Source: a virus
Lineage: Duplodnaviria > Caudoviricetes
Length of the DNA: 60,243 nt
IMG/VR virus record: IMGVR_UViG_3300024999_000110
Span: 1-60,243 of that record
Reading direction: 5' to 3' (one strand)
Shown here: in pieces, positions 27,030-36,039 of the stretch
How positions within the stretch are numbered: the stretch's first letter is position 1
Layout: every line of letters starts with the position of its first letter
Notes under the pieces: generated by a model
Database searches by the model: none
Told to the model about the DNA's origin: nothing
What the model saw: only the letters and a program-made list of their open reading frames with translations
Made by a program: the position numbers and the translations under genes

Positions 27030-27260
27030 ATGAGCCATTATTCAAATGATTCAACAATGATTAAATTAGATCATTCTTCAGAATATGGAAAAGATTGTTT
27101 GAGATTTTTTTATAATGGATCTATTATTGCTGAGATAATTTGTTTTCAATGGATTCCTAAAATACAAGAACAAATTATTTTTGTTAATGATAAATATTTT
27201 GTAACAGAAGTTATTCATGATTATATAAACAAAACTTGTTCTTGCTATTTGTCAAAATAA
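27030..27260 (+). CDS. Hypothetical protein
   Basis: GAGGTG RBS before MSHYS; AT-rich. Confidence 0.6.
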   Translation: MSHYSNDSTMIKLDHSSEYGKDCLRFFYNGSIIAEIICFQWIPKIQEQIIFVNDKYFVTEVIHDYINKTCSCYLSK

Positions 27261-27430
27261 ATTAAAATTGCTGGAGGTGTAACTATGTTATTTCCAGGCA
27301 CTGCAAAAGGATTTTACATTACTATGGCAATTGCAGCAATTATTATTTTAGTGGTAGTATTTACTGATAATTATAATTGGTAGACCTCATGCACCCCCTT
27401 TTTTATTACTATCATTTAAAGGAGTTTTAA

Positions 27431-27982
27431 ATGAAAACATTTGAATTAGTTTACACAATCGAAGCAGGTTCATCCTGGAGAGGTAAAGAAGCTATTAAGA
27501 TTAAGAGCAATCTTGCTGATGACAAACTGGTAGATTGTGAACTTTCTCAAAGTCTTATTGATCATCTCAAAACAGAAGCTGCTGTTCTTGATCCAGATAA
27601 ACTTCTCCTAACTATTGCCGAGGCACAGAAACGAGAAATTCAAACTAGTATTGAAAACATGGACGACATGGCTGTTCTAGCAAAAGCTCATGCTGATAAA
27701 GCATATGAAATTCTCTCAACTATTTCTGAGGAAGCAGAGACTAAGTATGCAGAGATTGAAAAGAAATTTTCAGCTACAGAAAAGCGTTTCAAAGATAAGA
27801 TGCTTTCCACTTCTGAGAGTATCAAAACTCATATGGAAAAACTCTCTGCTGTTGATGAAAAACTTACAAAGATTGACAATTGGCAACTGGAAAAACTAAC
27901 TGAGACTTTGAAACAGTTAATTAAAATCATAGAGGTTGATCCTGAACTTGTTAAGCTGGTTTTGGATTATAAGAAGGCATAA
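27431..27982 (+). CDS. Coiled-coil protein flanked by a 22-bp direct repeat
   Basis: AAGGAG RBS; K/E-rich heptads. Confidence 0.75.
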   Translation: MKTFELVYTIEAGSSWRGKEAIKIKSNLADDKLVDCELSQSLIDHLKTEAAVLDPDKLLLTIAEAQKREIQTSIENMDDMAVLAKAHADKAYEILSTISEEAETKYAEIEKKFSATEKRFKDKMLSTSESIKTHMEKLSAVDEKLTKIDNWQLEKLTETLKQLIKIIEVDPELVKLVLDYKKA

Positions 27983-28006
27983 TTATTTTATTTAAAGGAG
28001 TTTTAA

Positions 28007-28813
28007 ATGAATCCACAAGTAGCTACAGTACCAAATTTCAACAAGACAAAGCTAACTGAAAAGCAACGAATCTTTAATCTTAAATTCCTCTTGACTGGTA
28101 ATTCAGGTTCTGGCAAAACTCACTTCACAGCAACCTACACCAAGGGACCGCTTCATTATTATATGTTTGATAAGGGAGGAGAAAAGACAATAGAGAAAAT
28201 AGCATCCAAAAGGAACGATATCACAATTGATAATTTCTCAGCTGACTCTTTGCTCTTCTCTGATTTTTGGCGGACATTCCAGGAGGATGAAAAAAATGGT
28301 CTGTTCCAGTGGCTGAAGGAACAGTCAGGCATGTTAGTTCTCGACTCTCTGACAAATGCTAACAAGAAAGCAATCCATGAAATTGAAAAGAAGTCTGGTA
28401 TTACTCCAAGCGGCATAGGTAAAAAGATCGACATGAAGATGGGCATGGCACCTGCTCATTGGGGCCAACTCTTGAATTGGATGAGCACTTTAGTTAGCTC
28501 ACTCCAGGAATTGCCTTGTGCAGTTGCAGTCACAGTCCATTTGCATACGCTTATGAATTCTGATCAAGAAGTAGTTGCAAGATATCCCGCAGTAAATGGG
28601 CAGTTCAGGCAGTTACTAGCTGCTGATTTTGACGAAGCCTACTTGCTGACGACACAAGGAACGAAACGACAAATCTTCTTTACTGAAAAACTTGCATTTG
28701 AAGCAAAGTCTCGTGTGTTTGATATGCCAAAAGTTGAAGGAATTTCAATGGATCAATTGGCAGCAGCCTATTTGGCAGGCAAAACAGTCATTCCACAATC
28801 CATCTCAGCTTAA
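28007..28813 (+). CDS. AAA_24/Sak4-like P-loop ATPase (recombination)
   Basis: GNSGSGKT, LVLDSLT, WG.L, V.VH; lies between the exonuclease and SSB-like gene. Confidence 0.75.
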   Translation: MNPQVATVPNFNKTKLTEKQRIFNLKFLLTGNSGSGKTHFTATYTKGPLHYYMFDKGGEKTIEKIASKRNDITIDNFSADSLLFSDFWRTFQEDEKNGLFQWLKEQSGMLVLDSLTNANKKAIHEIEKKSGITPSGIGKKIDMKMGMAPAHWGQLLNWMSTLVSSLQELPCAVAVTVHLHTLMNSDQEVVARYPAVNGQFRQLLAADFDEAYLLTTQGTKRQIFFTEKLAFEAKSRVFDMPKVEGISMDQLAAAYLAGKTVIPQSISA

Positions 28814-28830
28814 TTAAAGGAGTTTTAATT

Positions 28831-29274
28831 ATGGAAAAGCAAATCGTGGAAATTAATGGTGTGAAGTTTGAAGTTGATATGAGTAGCGCGAAGATTATTT
28901 CTGAATATAAAATCGGAGATAAAGTAAATGTTTTAATAAAAGAATATTCTGATAAAATTGTATGTCCAGGCATCATTGTAGGCTTTGATAATTTCAAAGA
29001 TTTACCAACTATCACTGTTGCATATCTTAAAATTGGCTACAACGAAGCAACGATTAAGTTTGTCTACTTTAATAGTGATTCAAAAGAAGTTGACATTGCT
29101 CCATGTCGTGAATCAGACCTTATTTTTAATAAAGGTGATATTATTACCAAAATGGATCGTGAAATTGCATCTAAAGAGAAAGAAGTAGAAGATTTGATTC
29201 GGAAGAAAAATTATTTCTTAAACAACTTTACAAAGCATTTCGAGGCTGCAATGGCAGTTAAGACTAACGAATAA
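28831..29274 (+). CDS. Hypothetical protein
   Basis: AAGGAG RBS; 147 aa. Confidence 0.75.
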   Translation: MEKQIVEINGVKFEVDMSSAKIISEYKIGDKVNVLIKEYSDKIVCPGIIVGFDNFKDLPTITVAYLKIGYNEATIKFVYFNSDSKEVDIAPCRESDLIFNKGDIITKMDREIASKEKEVEDLIRKKNYFLNNFTKHFEAAMAVKTNE

Positions 29275-29401
29275 AAAGGAGAATATAAAACACCAAAACT
29301 AAAACGAAAACTATCAATCAAACCAAACCTTACCAACTTTTGATCGAAGAATAGTTCTTTGGTCACGCATTACACTAAACTTATTTAAAGGAGATTTACT
29401 C

Positions 29402-29824
29402 ATGTCTATGATTCCTAATCTGTCCGAAATTCCTGACAAAGCACCTGTTGAAGCTGGCGAATATGACCTCACCATCTCTAAGGTCAAAGAGACCAAGTCT
29501 CAGCGCACTGGCAGGTATGGTTGTCAGCTGATTATTAATATCGACGGAGAAGATAACGCATCAACTATCTTTCACACTCTCTGGTATGGTAACTACAAAG
29601 ATTATCAGGGTGACGATGAAGAAAAGAATAACCTCATGTGGCGGATGGTAAAAGATTTTCTCCGTGCACTTGGACTTGATCCAGACCAGGAAACCGACGA
29701 ATCTGATCTGGTCGGCCTCAATTTTACGGCTGAACTCAGTTTTAATGATGGCATGTCGACAGATGATGATGGTAATCCGATCAAGGTTGGTCAGCCAAGG
29801 AATGAAATTGCTCGTGTAGTTTAA
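29402..29824 (+). CDS. Putative single-stranded DNA-binding protein (DUF669-like)
   Basis: PVEAGEY.LTI, FL.ALG, DLVG and terminal RNEI pattern; acidic; follows the Sak4-like ATPase. Confidence 0.65.
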   Translation: MSMIPNLSEIPDKAPVEAGEYDLTISKVKETKSQRTGRYGCQLIINIDGEDNASTIFHTLWYGNYKDYQGDDEEKNNLMWRMVKDFLRALGLDPDQETDESDLVGLNFTAELSFNDGMSTDDDGNPIKVGQPRNEIARVV

Positions 29825-29850
29825 TAACGGAGCTTTATGATCAAGTTTAA

Positions 29851-30195
29851 TTCGATATTAGAGTCTAGTTACCACTTTCAGTTAGCTAGGTCTGGCATTG
29901 CCGGAACAATGTCATTCTGAACGAGGCGTTGATGTGACGCCTACAAGATATCGGAATAAATAAAACTTGCTGTTCACTTATGAACGAACTGTTGAATGGT
30001 TCGCAAGTAAGTGAACAGCAACTTACAATTGAATGTATGAATCTAATAATCCACATAGATCTGGCCTATGGTTAGGATTATACCTAAAGTAGCATTTGTG
30101 TAATGCTATAGCTCGTAGTTACCAGACATAAGATACTGGACTCAGAGCTAAGAACATGAGAGGTATAATACCAATGCCTCTCATGTCTTGTTTTT
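29851..30195 (+). ncRNA. Candidate structured ncRNA region (contains palindrome copy 4 at 29971-29986)
   Basis: At least eight stems in sequence, including 14-bp TTGCTGTTCACTTA/TAAGTGAACAGCAA; no long ORF. Confidence 0.45.
30154..30195 (+). terminator. Intrinsic terminator
   Basis: ACATGAGAGG/CCTCTCATGT 10-bp stem followed by CTTGTTTTT. Confidence 0.65.
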
Positions 30196-30222
30196 ATTTA
30201 TCTTACTAAATAAATATTACTA

Positions 30223-30420
30223 ATGAAACTAATTAAAACATTAAATGATTGGTTATTAAAACGGAAGAGAAAGAATTGTAAGCATCAATGGGCTTCTTCA
30301 GATAATTTTCACAGAACCTGCTCTGTTTGCGGATTGAAACAGATTATTGTTTATTATCGATTCGGACCAATAAGGACAGAATGGATTCAAGATCCATGGC
30401 AACTTATTAATAAAGGTTGA
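30223..30420 (+). CDS. Small Cys/His zinc-ribbon-like protein
   Basis: CKHQW...CSVCG. Confidence 0.5.
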   Translation: MKLIKTLNDWLLKRKRKNCKHQWASSDNFHRTCSVCGLKQIIVYYRFGPIRTEWIQDPWQLINKG

Positions 30421-30497
30421 TATTATCTTTACTAAGAATTAATCTGCTAAAATATTAATGTTTAGCAAAGATAAATATCTCACAAAGGAGAATTATC

Positions 30498-30836
30498 ATG
30501 GGTGAGCAATCTGATTATGAAAAATATCGTGGTAAATGTAAAGAATTTTCAGAAGCTTTAATTAAAAAAGATCCAAGTCTTAGATTAGTTCGAGAACATT
30601 ACTATTGTCCAATATGGGGTGAGCAAGAACATTGGTGGTGTGAAGATAAGACTGGAAAGATAATAGATCCAACGAAAGATCAATTTCCATCAAAAGGAAG
30701 TGGAGAATATATAGAATTTGGTGGAATCTGTATTTGTGCTGAATGTAGTATTGCAGTTAAAGAAGAAGATGCTATATTTATGTCAAGGTATCCTGTTTGT
30801 TCAGATCGTTGTGCTAGAGCTTTAGTTGGACTATAA
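30498..30836 (+). CDS. Small transglutaminase/papain-like protein with C-terminal zinc finger
   Basis: GKC..FS, HWW, IIDPT..QF (Cys-His-Asp order), then CAEC...CSDRC. Confidence 0.5.
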   Translation: MGEQSDYEKYRGKCKEFSEALIKKDPSLRLVREHYYCPIWGEQEHWWCEDKTGKIIDPTKDQFPSKGSGEYIEFGGICICAECSIAVKEEDAIFMSRYPVCSDRCARALVGL

Positions 30837-30850
30837 TAGAGAGGCTACCT

Positions 30851-32608
30851 ATGAATCATGAACAACTCATAAAAGAAATCTCTCAAGCAAACATGGCTTA
30901 TGCTTCTGGCATACCATTCATGACAGATTCTGAATATGATCTGTTATGGCAACAACTTTATGCTATAGACCCACATAACAATATCCTTTACCATACTGCA
31001 CAAGGTCGGGCTGCTTTAACGGGCAAAACCTGGCACAAGCACCCCATCTACGGAACTAACAAAGCATTCAACATGCTCGACCTTAAGCCATTCCTTACAA
31101 GGTTTGGATCTTATAAATTACGGATCGAACCCAAATACGATGGTTGTGCAGCAGTTATAACTCTTACAGATACCGGAGTAAACATTACTCTTGAAGGTGA
31201 CGGCAGATGTGGACGAGATATAACTCACTTAATGCCATATATTACGTTTCCATTTCATCTTCGGCACTTTCAAGCAGTTGAGATTCTTATCCTACTAAGT
31301 GAGTGGAATTCAGATTATGGAGCAAATCCAAGAAATGTAGTTGCTGGCTGGCTAGACCGCAAATATGACAAGCCTTCTGCCCTGATGACAGCCATTCCAC
31401 ATAATCATGGCAACCTATTTGAAGAATATAACTACTCCGGTAGCTTAGAAGCTATGGGAGATTTTCTGCTTGAGACATATAACAAATGGTCAAAGATCTA
31501 TCCGATGGATGGACTTATGATTAAGGTGGCTGATGAAAAAGTGCGGCTGGTTGCAGGTAATAATGGACAGACCAATAACTGGAGCATAGCTTGGAAGCCA
31601 CCAATCCAAGTTAAAGAAACAAAAGTTACCAATATTGAATGGAACATATCTCGCTTAGGTAGAGCTGTGCCAACAGTTATCTATGAGCCGATTGAACTTT
31701 GTGGAACTACAAATAATAGAGTAACAGGTAATAATGCTCAGTGGATTAAAGACAGAAAGATTATGCCTGATTCTACAATATTAGTAGGTAAAGCAGGAGA
31801 AATAATTCCAAAGATTTTAGTAGTTCAAAATGATATTCCTAATGAGTATAGAAGAAATTTTCTTCCTACTAACTGTCCAAAATGTAATAATATTCTTCAA
31901 TGGGAAGGAGTACATCTTGTCTGTAATGGAGCTAAATGTATAGCAAAATCAATCGTTTCCATTGCTTACTTCTACTCTCAGAAAGGTATAAAAATCGACG
32001 GAGTTGGCGAAGGCATTATAGAAAAGCTACTTCAGAATGAAAAATGTTATTCAGTTCTTTCAACCAAGCCTTGGGCACTTCTTGATCCTCTTAGCTACGA
32101 CCTTGTGCCAGACATAATAAATACAATCGGAGTAACAATTTATAGCAACATCGCTGAACAAGTATTTTCAATGAATAATCAATGCACAATGGCACACTTC
32201 GTCGCAGGTTTAGGTCTTCCAGGCTTAGCATATAAATCATCTCTGCGGCTTTGTCAATATTTAAAAACTGGACAGATTAATATTCACATAACTGATAATG
32301 CTAAACGCAGCTTTATTACTGCTGCAACTATTTATACAGAAGCAATTAAGGAAATGAAAAATTTCTCTTTCGCGCAACTCCCTAGTGAAGCAAAAGCAAT
32401 TTATTGCATTACCGGATCGTTGAGCCAGTCACGAGAAACTATGATAGAAATTCTGAACGGTTACGGATATGAATTTTCATCTGGAGTAACGAGAGAAACA
32501 AACTATCTGATCGTCGGAGATGATCCAGGCAGAACTAAGATCGAAAAGGCAACTCGTTACAACATCCCTCAAATAACTGAGGAACAACTTTTTAACCTTT
32601 TACGGTGA
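30851..32608 (+). CDS. ligA: NAD-dependent DNA ligase
   Basis: MTDSEYD (domain Ia), EPKYDG adenylation motif, DGLMIK, IAWK, KAGEIIPKI, CPKC zinc finger, C-terminal BRCT. Confidence 0.92.
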   Translation: MNHEQLIKEISQANMAYASGIPFMTDSEYDLLWQQLYAIDPHNNILYHTAQGRAALTGKTWHKHPIYGTNKAFNMLDLKPFLTRFGSYKLRIEPKYDGCAAVITLTDTGVNITLEGDGRCGRDITHLMPYITFPFHLRHFQAVEILILLSEWNSDYGANPRNVVAGWLDRKYDKPSALMTAIPHNHGNLFEEYNYSGSLEAMGDFLLETYNKWSKIYPMDGLMIKVADEKVRLVAGNNGQTNNWSIAWKPPIQVKETKVTNIEWNISRLGRAVPTVIYEPIELCGTTNNRVTGNNAQWIKDRKIMPDSTILVGKAGEIIPKILVVQNDIPNEYRRNFLPTNCPKCNNILQWEGVHLVCNGAKCIAKSIVSIAYFYSQKGIKIDGVGEGIIEKLLQNEKCYSVLSTKPWALLDPLSYDLVPDIINTIGVTIYSNIAEQVFSMNNQCTMAHFVAGLGLPGLAYKSSLRLCQYLKTGQINIHITDNAKRSFITAATIYTEAIKEMKNFSFAQLPSEAKAIYCITGSLSQSRETMIEILNGYGYEFSSGVTRETNYLIVGDDPGRTKIEKATRYNIPQITEEQLFNLLR

Positions 32609-32823
32609 ACAAAATGCTTAAAGAAGAATGTAAAGTAACTGCACGAATAGACAAAGACTTGTACGAACAAGTCCAGGAACACTTTCATCATGGGCAGCAA
32701 ACAAAACTGTTCAGGCAAATATTCCTTTCGCTGAAAAGCATAATTAATGGTGGAAAGCTGAATGAGGTTCTTGATTATATGTATAAAGGAAAAGCATTAA
32801 CTTTGCCAGGCATAGAGGAATAA
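32605..32823 (+). CDS. Small RHH-like DNA-binding protein
   Basis: KVTARIDKDLYEQV strand-helix pattern. Confidence 0.5.
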   Translation: MNKMLKEECKVTARIDKDLYEQVQEHFHHGQQTKLFRQIFLSLKSIINGGKLNEVLDYMYKGKALTLPGIEE

Positions 32824-32825
32824 TT

Positions 32826-33203
32826 ATGTCTATAGATAATGTAATAAATTCAAAACAAACAGAATTAGCATATTGGCAAGCTAGGAATTTTCCTTCATCA
32901 GAATTATTTGCTTTAAGTAAAGAAGATTTAGTACTAATGATCTGCAATCTGCAAATGACTTTAGGTATGTGTGAAGAGATTGGTGAAATAGCTCATACAG
33001 TTCTTAAAGGCACTCAAGGTATTCGTGAAGGTAAGAATGGAATTAATAAAGATCTTCTTGCTGATGGCTTTGGTGATGTTTTCATTTATGGCTCTCAATT
33101 AATGACTTTAAATAAAATAGATGTATCTGATGCTATAAATACAACTATTCAGCAGGTTTTAAAAAGAGACTGGCAAAATAATAAAGATGATGGTGAGGTT
33201 TAA
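32826..33203 (+). CDS. MazG-like nucleotide pyrophosphohydrolase
   Basis: LGMCEEIGEIAH...DGFGDVFIY, the all-alpha NTP-PPase ExxE..D signature. Confidence 0.8.
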   Translation: MSIDNVINSKQTELAYWQARNFPSSELFALSKEDLVLMICNLQMTLGMCEEIGEIAHTVLKGTQGIREGKNGINKDLLADGFGDVFIYGSQLMTLNKIDVSDAINTTIQQVLKRDWQNNKDDGEV

Positions 33204-33205
33204 CT

Positions 33206-33496
33206 ATGCCACTAATGGATCGTATTTACTGCCGATCATTCTTAGAAATGTCTTATCCTGAGCAAGCCAGACTAATTGAACGCGTTCGGACTATGCGAAC
33301 CTCTGCGCTGAACGCAGCACTTGTTAAGTCTCAAAAGATCACTAAGTCTGCTATGAAAAATATTTCTAAGAACTCTGGAACAAAGCGCGGCAAGAAGATG
33401 CTGGCGGATCCTACCAAGAATGCAACAGACTTGCTTGGTAAACTTTCAGCAGATCAAATAGAGTTAATAAAAAGGCAGTTTCAAAATTTAAACTGA
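33206..33496 (+). CDS. Basic hypothetical protein
   Basis: GAGGT RBS; 96 aa. Confidence 0.7.
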   Translation: MPLMDRIYCRSFLEMSYPEQARLIERVRTMRTSALNAALVKSQKITKSAMKNISKNSGTKRGKKMLADPTKNATDLLGKLSADQIELIKRQFQNLN

Positions 33497-33501
33497 GGCT
33501 T

Positions 33502-33705
33502 ATGATGATAGACAGAGAAATTGTAGTTACATTAAGTCAGGCTATTCAAATTGGTCCTGATGAATGGAAACAGCATAAGATAAGTAGAATATTTTCAAGT
33601 ACAAGAAGTCTTAGAGATATGCTTTCATGGGCTGAAGCAGAAGGATTAATTAATCCACAAATATCAGATTTACAATTTTCTGAATTTACAGGTAAGAGTA
33701 TATAA
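33502..33705 (+). CDS. Hypothetical protein
   Basis: GAGG RBS; 67 aa. Confidence 0.6.
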   Translation: MMIDREIVVTLSQAIQIGPDEWKQHKISRIFSSTRSLRDMLSWAEAEGLINPQISDLQFSEFTGKSI

Positions 33706-33738
33706 AAATTAATTAAAGATAAAGTTAAAGGTTAAATC

Positions 33739-35169
33739 ATGCAACTTTTTCAAATAGAAAAACGTAATATTTCCGACATTATTATCAAAGATCGTGCTCG
33801 CACAACAGTAGGTGACATATCAAGTTTAGCTGATTCAATCTCGATGGTTGGCCAGCTTCATGCGATCCTCATAGATTCAAACAACGTCTTAATTGACGGT
33901 TTGCATCGCATCGAAGCCTTTAAAAAGCTTGGTAGGGAAACAATTGAAGTCCGAGTATTCGACGGTATTACTGAAGACGATCATTTCTTGATCGAACTTC
34001 TTAGTAATATGGACCGTAAGGAATTTCTGTGGCATGAGGAAATTGATCTCAAGTATAAACTTCACAACTATTGGGTAGAATCAGCAATCAAGGAAGGCAA
34101 ATCTTGGGGCTACAGAGAAACAGCCAAGAGGCTCAAGTGCAGTCTTGGTGGCTTATCTACTGACCTTGCTTTCGCTGAGGCTCTTAAAGTCTTTCCAATC
34201 TTGAAAGAACAGTCTACTAAAGGCCGAGCTAAAGAAGCATACAAAGCTCTTGGTGAACAAGCTAAGGCACTTCAGCGAATGGGTAGCTTTACCGATACAG
34301 AAAAGGAACGCTTGGTTGCATTACAAAGCGGAGTTATGACGGCTCCTATAAAGAATACGGTAACTCAAAATGTATTTGAGAAAACCAAGCAAGCCAAGAA
34401 AAAACTTGATGATTTTGATGAAGATGATCAAGACCTTAACGATGAACAAGAACCAATCCGATCTAACATCCAAGTAATTTATGTAGCTGAAAACTACAAG
34501 ACTTTCCTCGATAAGATTCCAAGTAACTCTGTGGGAATGGTAGAACTTGATCCGCCATATGCAATTGATTTTAATGACAACTATGGTAAAACGAATAAGA
34601 TCGAATGCAAAGCACAAGACTGGGATGAGAAAGAGCTTTATGACTTCTACTTCAATTATCTTCCGTTAGTCTATGAGAAGATGCTTGACTGTAGTTGGGC
34701 TTTAGTCTGGACAGGTAAAGAACATTTTATACAAATCAACAATATTGCACGAGAAATCGGCTTTGGAGTTCAATCTCCTGGTTCATGGAACAAAGTTGGT
34801 GGCAGTACCAATAAGCCGAAGACAAACATGGTTAGCAATTGGGAAATGTTTTTGCTCCTGCGTAAGGGAAATGCACAGTTCAATACTCCTAGCTTGTCGT
34901 CTTCAATTAACATAAGTACAGTCAGTTCAAGTCAACGTATTCACCAATGGGAAAAACCGATTGAACTTTATGATCATTTCTTAAAAGCCTTAGGTAAACC
35001 TGGAACCTTATTTATGAGCCTCTTTGCTGGTTCTGGCAACTGCTTGATCAGCGCGGCCAAAGAAAAAATGATGCCAGTTGGTTGTGATAAGAGCCAGAAG
35101 TATATCCCGGAATTTTATCAGAGACTTGAGAATTATCTTGGAATAACTGCCGAAGTGGAGGGATTATGA
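33739..35169 (+). CDS. ParB-like domain + HTH fused to an N6-adenine/N4-cytosine DNA methyltransferase (beta-class motif order)
   Basis: LIDGLHRIEA and EL.SN..RK (ParB); WGYRETAKRLKCSLGGLS (HTH); LDPPY, H.WEKP.EL, LFAGSG (MTase). Confidence 0.88.
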   Translation: MQLFQIEKRNISDIIIKDRARTTVGDISSLADSISMVGQLHAILIDSNNVLIDGLHRIEAFKKLGRETIEVRVFDGITEDDHFLIELLSNMDRKEFLWHEEIDLKYKLHNYWVESAIKEGKSWGYRETAKRLKCSLGGLSTDLAFAEALKVFPILKEQSTKGRAKEAYKALGEQAKALQRMGSFTDTEKERLVALQSGVMTAPIKNTVTQNVFEKTKQAKKKLDDFDEDDQDLNDEQEPIRSNIQVIYVAENYKTFLDKIPSNSVGMVELDPPYAIDFNDNYGKTNKIECKAQDWDEKELYDFYFNYLPLVYEKMLDCSWALVWTGKEHFIQINNIAREIGFGVQSPGSWNKVGGSTNKPKTNMVSNWEMFLLLRKGNAQFNTPSLSSSINISTVSSSQRIHQWEKPIELYDHFLKALGKPGTLFMSLFAGSGNCLISAAKEKMMPVGCDKSQKYIPEFYQRLENYLGITAEVEGL

Positions 35170-35357
35170 TTATAAAATATATAATTATGTTTTTATTAAG
35201 ACTAATATTTATGCCTTTTATTATAGCTATACTTATTATAACTGCTTCAATTACATATATGAGTATAGATAAAGATTGGCCTTATTGGAAATCCTTTAAT
35301 GAGTTAGTTATTGAATTACTTCCTTGGTCTAAATACAAGAAGTAAACAGGATTTATT

Positions 35358-35627
35358 ATGACAAAATATAAAGTAGGCCAACTATCTGAACAGAAAGCTC
35401 CTATCACGCCTGGCTCTAACTGTTGCCTACATAAAAACATCGTGCCACTCGAAATAGGTTTTGCATCCAAGAGCTGGCCGAACGGCTATAAGAATGAGCC
35501 AAATTATAACTTTGCTATCAACATCATCAGTGCAAATGTTATTCGAGTTCGTTCTTATCTTTGCTTAGATTGTAAGCAGGAAATAAAGGCTCCGAATCCA
35601 GGAGCATTGACTAAGGATAGGATATGA
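35358..35627 (+). CDS. Small zinc-binding hypothetical protein
   Basis: CLH...CLDC; AGGA RBS. Confidence 0.65.
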   Translation: MTKYKVGQLSEQKAPITPGSNCCLHKNIVPLEIGFASKSWPNGYKNEPNYNFAINIISANVIRVRSYLCLDCKQEIKAPNPGALTKDRI

Positions 35628-35812
35628 AAAAATCAGAGCTCAGATCTGTTCTTAATAAATTTGGATATCAATTCTTAGAACAAATAAATAATGATATTTC
35701 AAAAATCTTATTTGAAATAAAACGAGATCCTAGAAAGAGAACTAATATGACTTTAGATACATTTATCAACACTTTAGATGAAGAATTAGAATCTAGAGAA
35801 CGAGGAGAATAA
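35624..35812 (+). CDS. Hypothetical protein
   Basis: ATGA overlap with the previous gene. Confidence 0.55.
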   Translation: MKKSELRSVLNKFGYQFLEQINNDISKILFEIKRDPRKRTNMTLDTFINTLDEELESRERGE

Positions 35813-35814
35813 AC

Positions 35815-36039
35815 ATGACAGGTGCTAACAATGGAACTCCTGTACAAATGGAAAATCTATTTGAAGAATCCTTAAAGAAAGTTATAGAAAAAATTAGTAA
35901 GTCTAATAAACTTATATCAATCAAACCTACTAAACTAATATTACCACAAAATGTTATAGATTATCTTGCAGATTTAGGTTATGATTCACAAGAAAAAATA
36001 AACGAATTAATAATTGAGCTAACTAAGGATCAGTCATGA
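35815..36039 (+). CDS. Hypothetical protein
   Basis: GAGGAG RBS; overlaps the polymerase start. Confidence 0.55.
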   Translation: MTGANNGTPVQMENLFEESLKKVIEKISKSNKLISIKPTKLILPQNVIDYLADLGYDSQEKINELIIELTKDQS

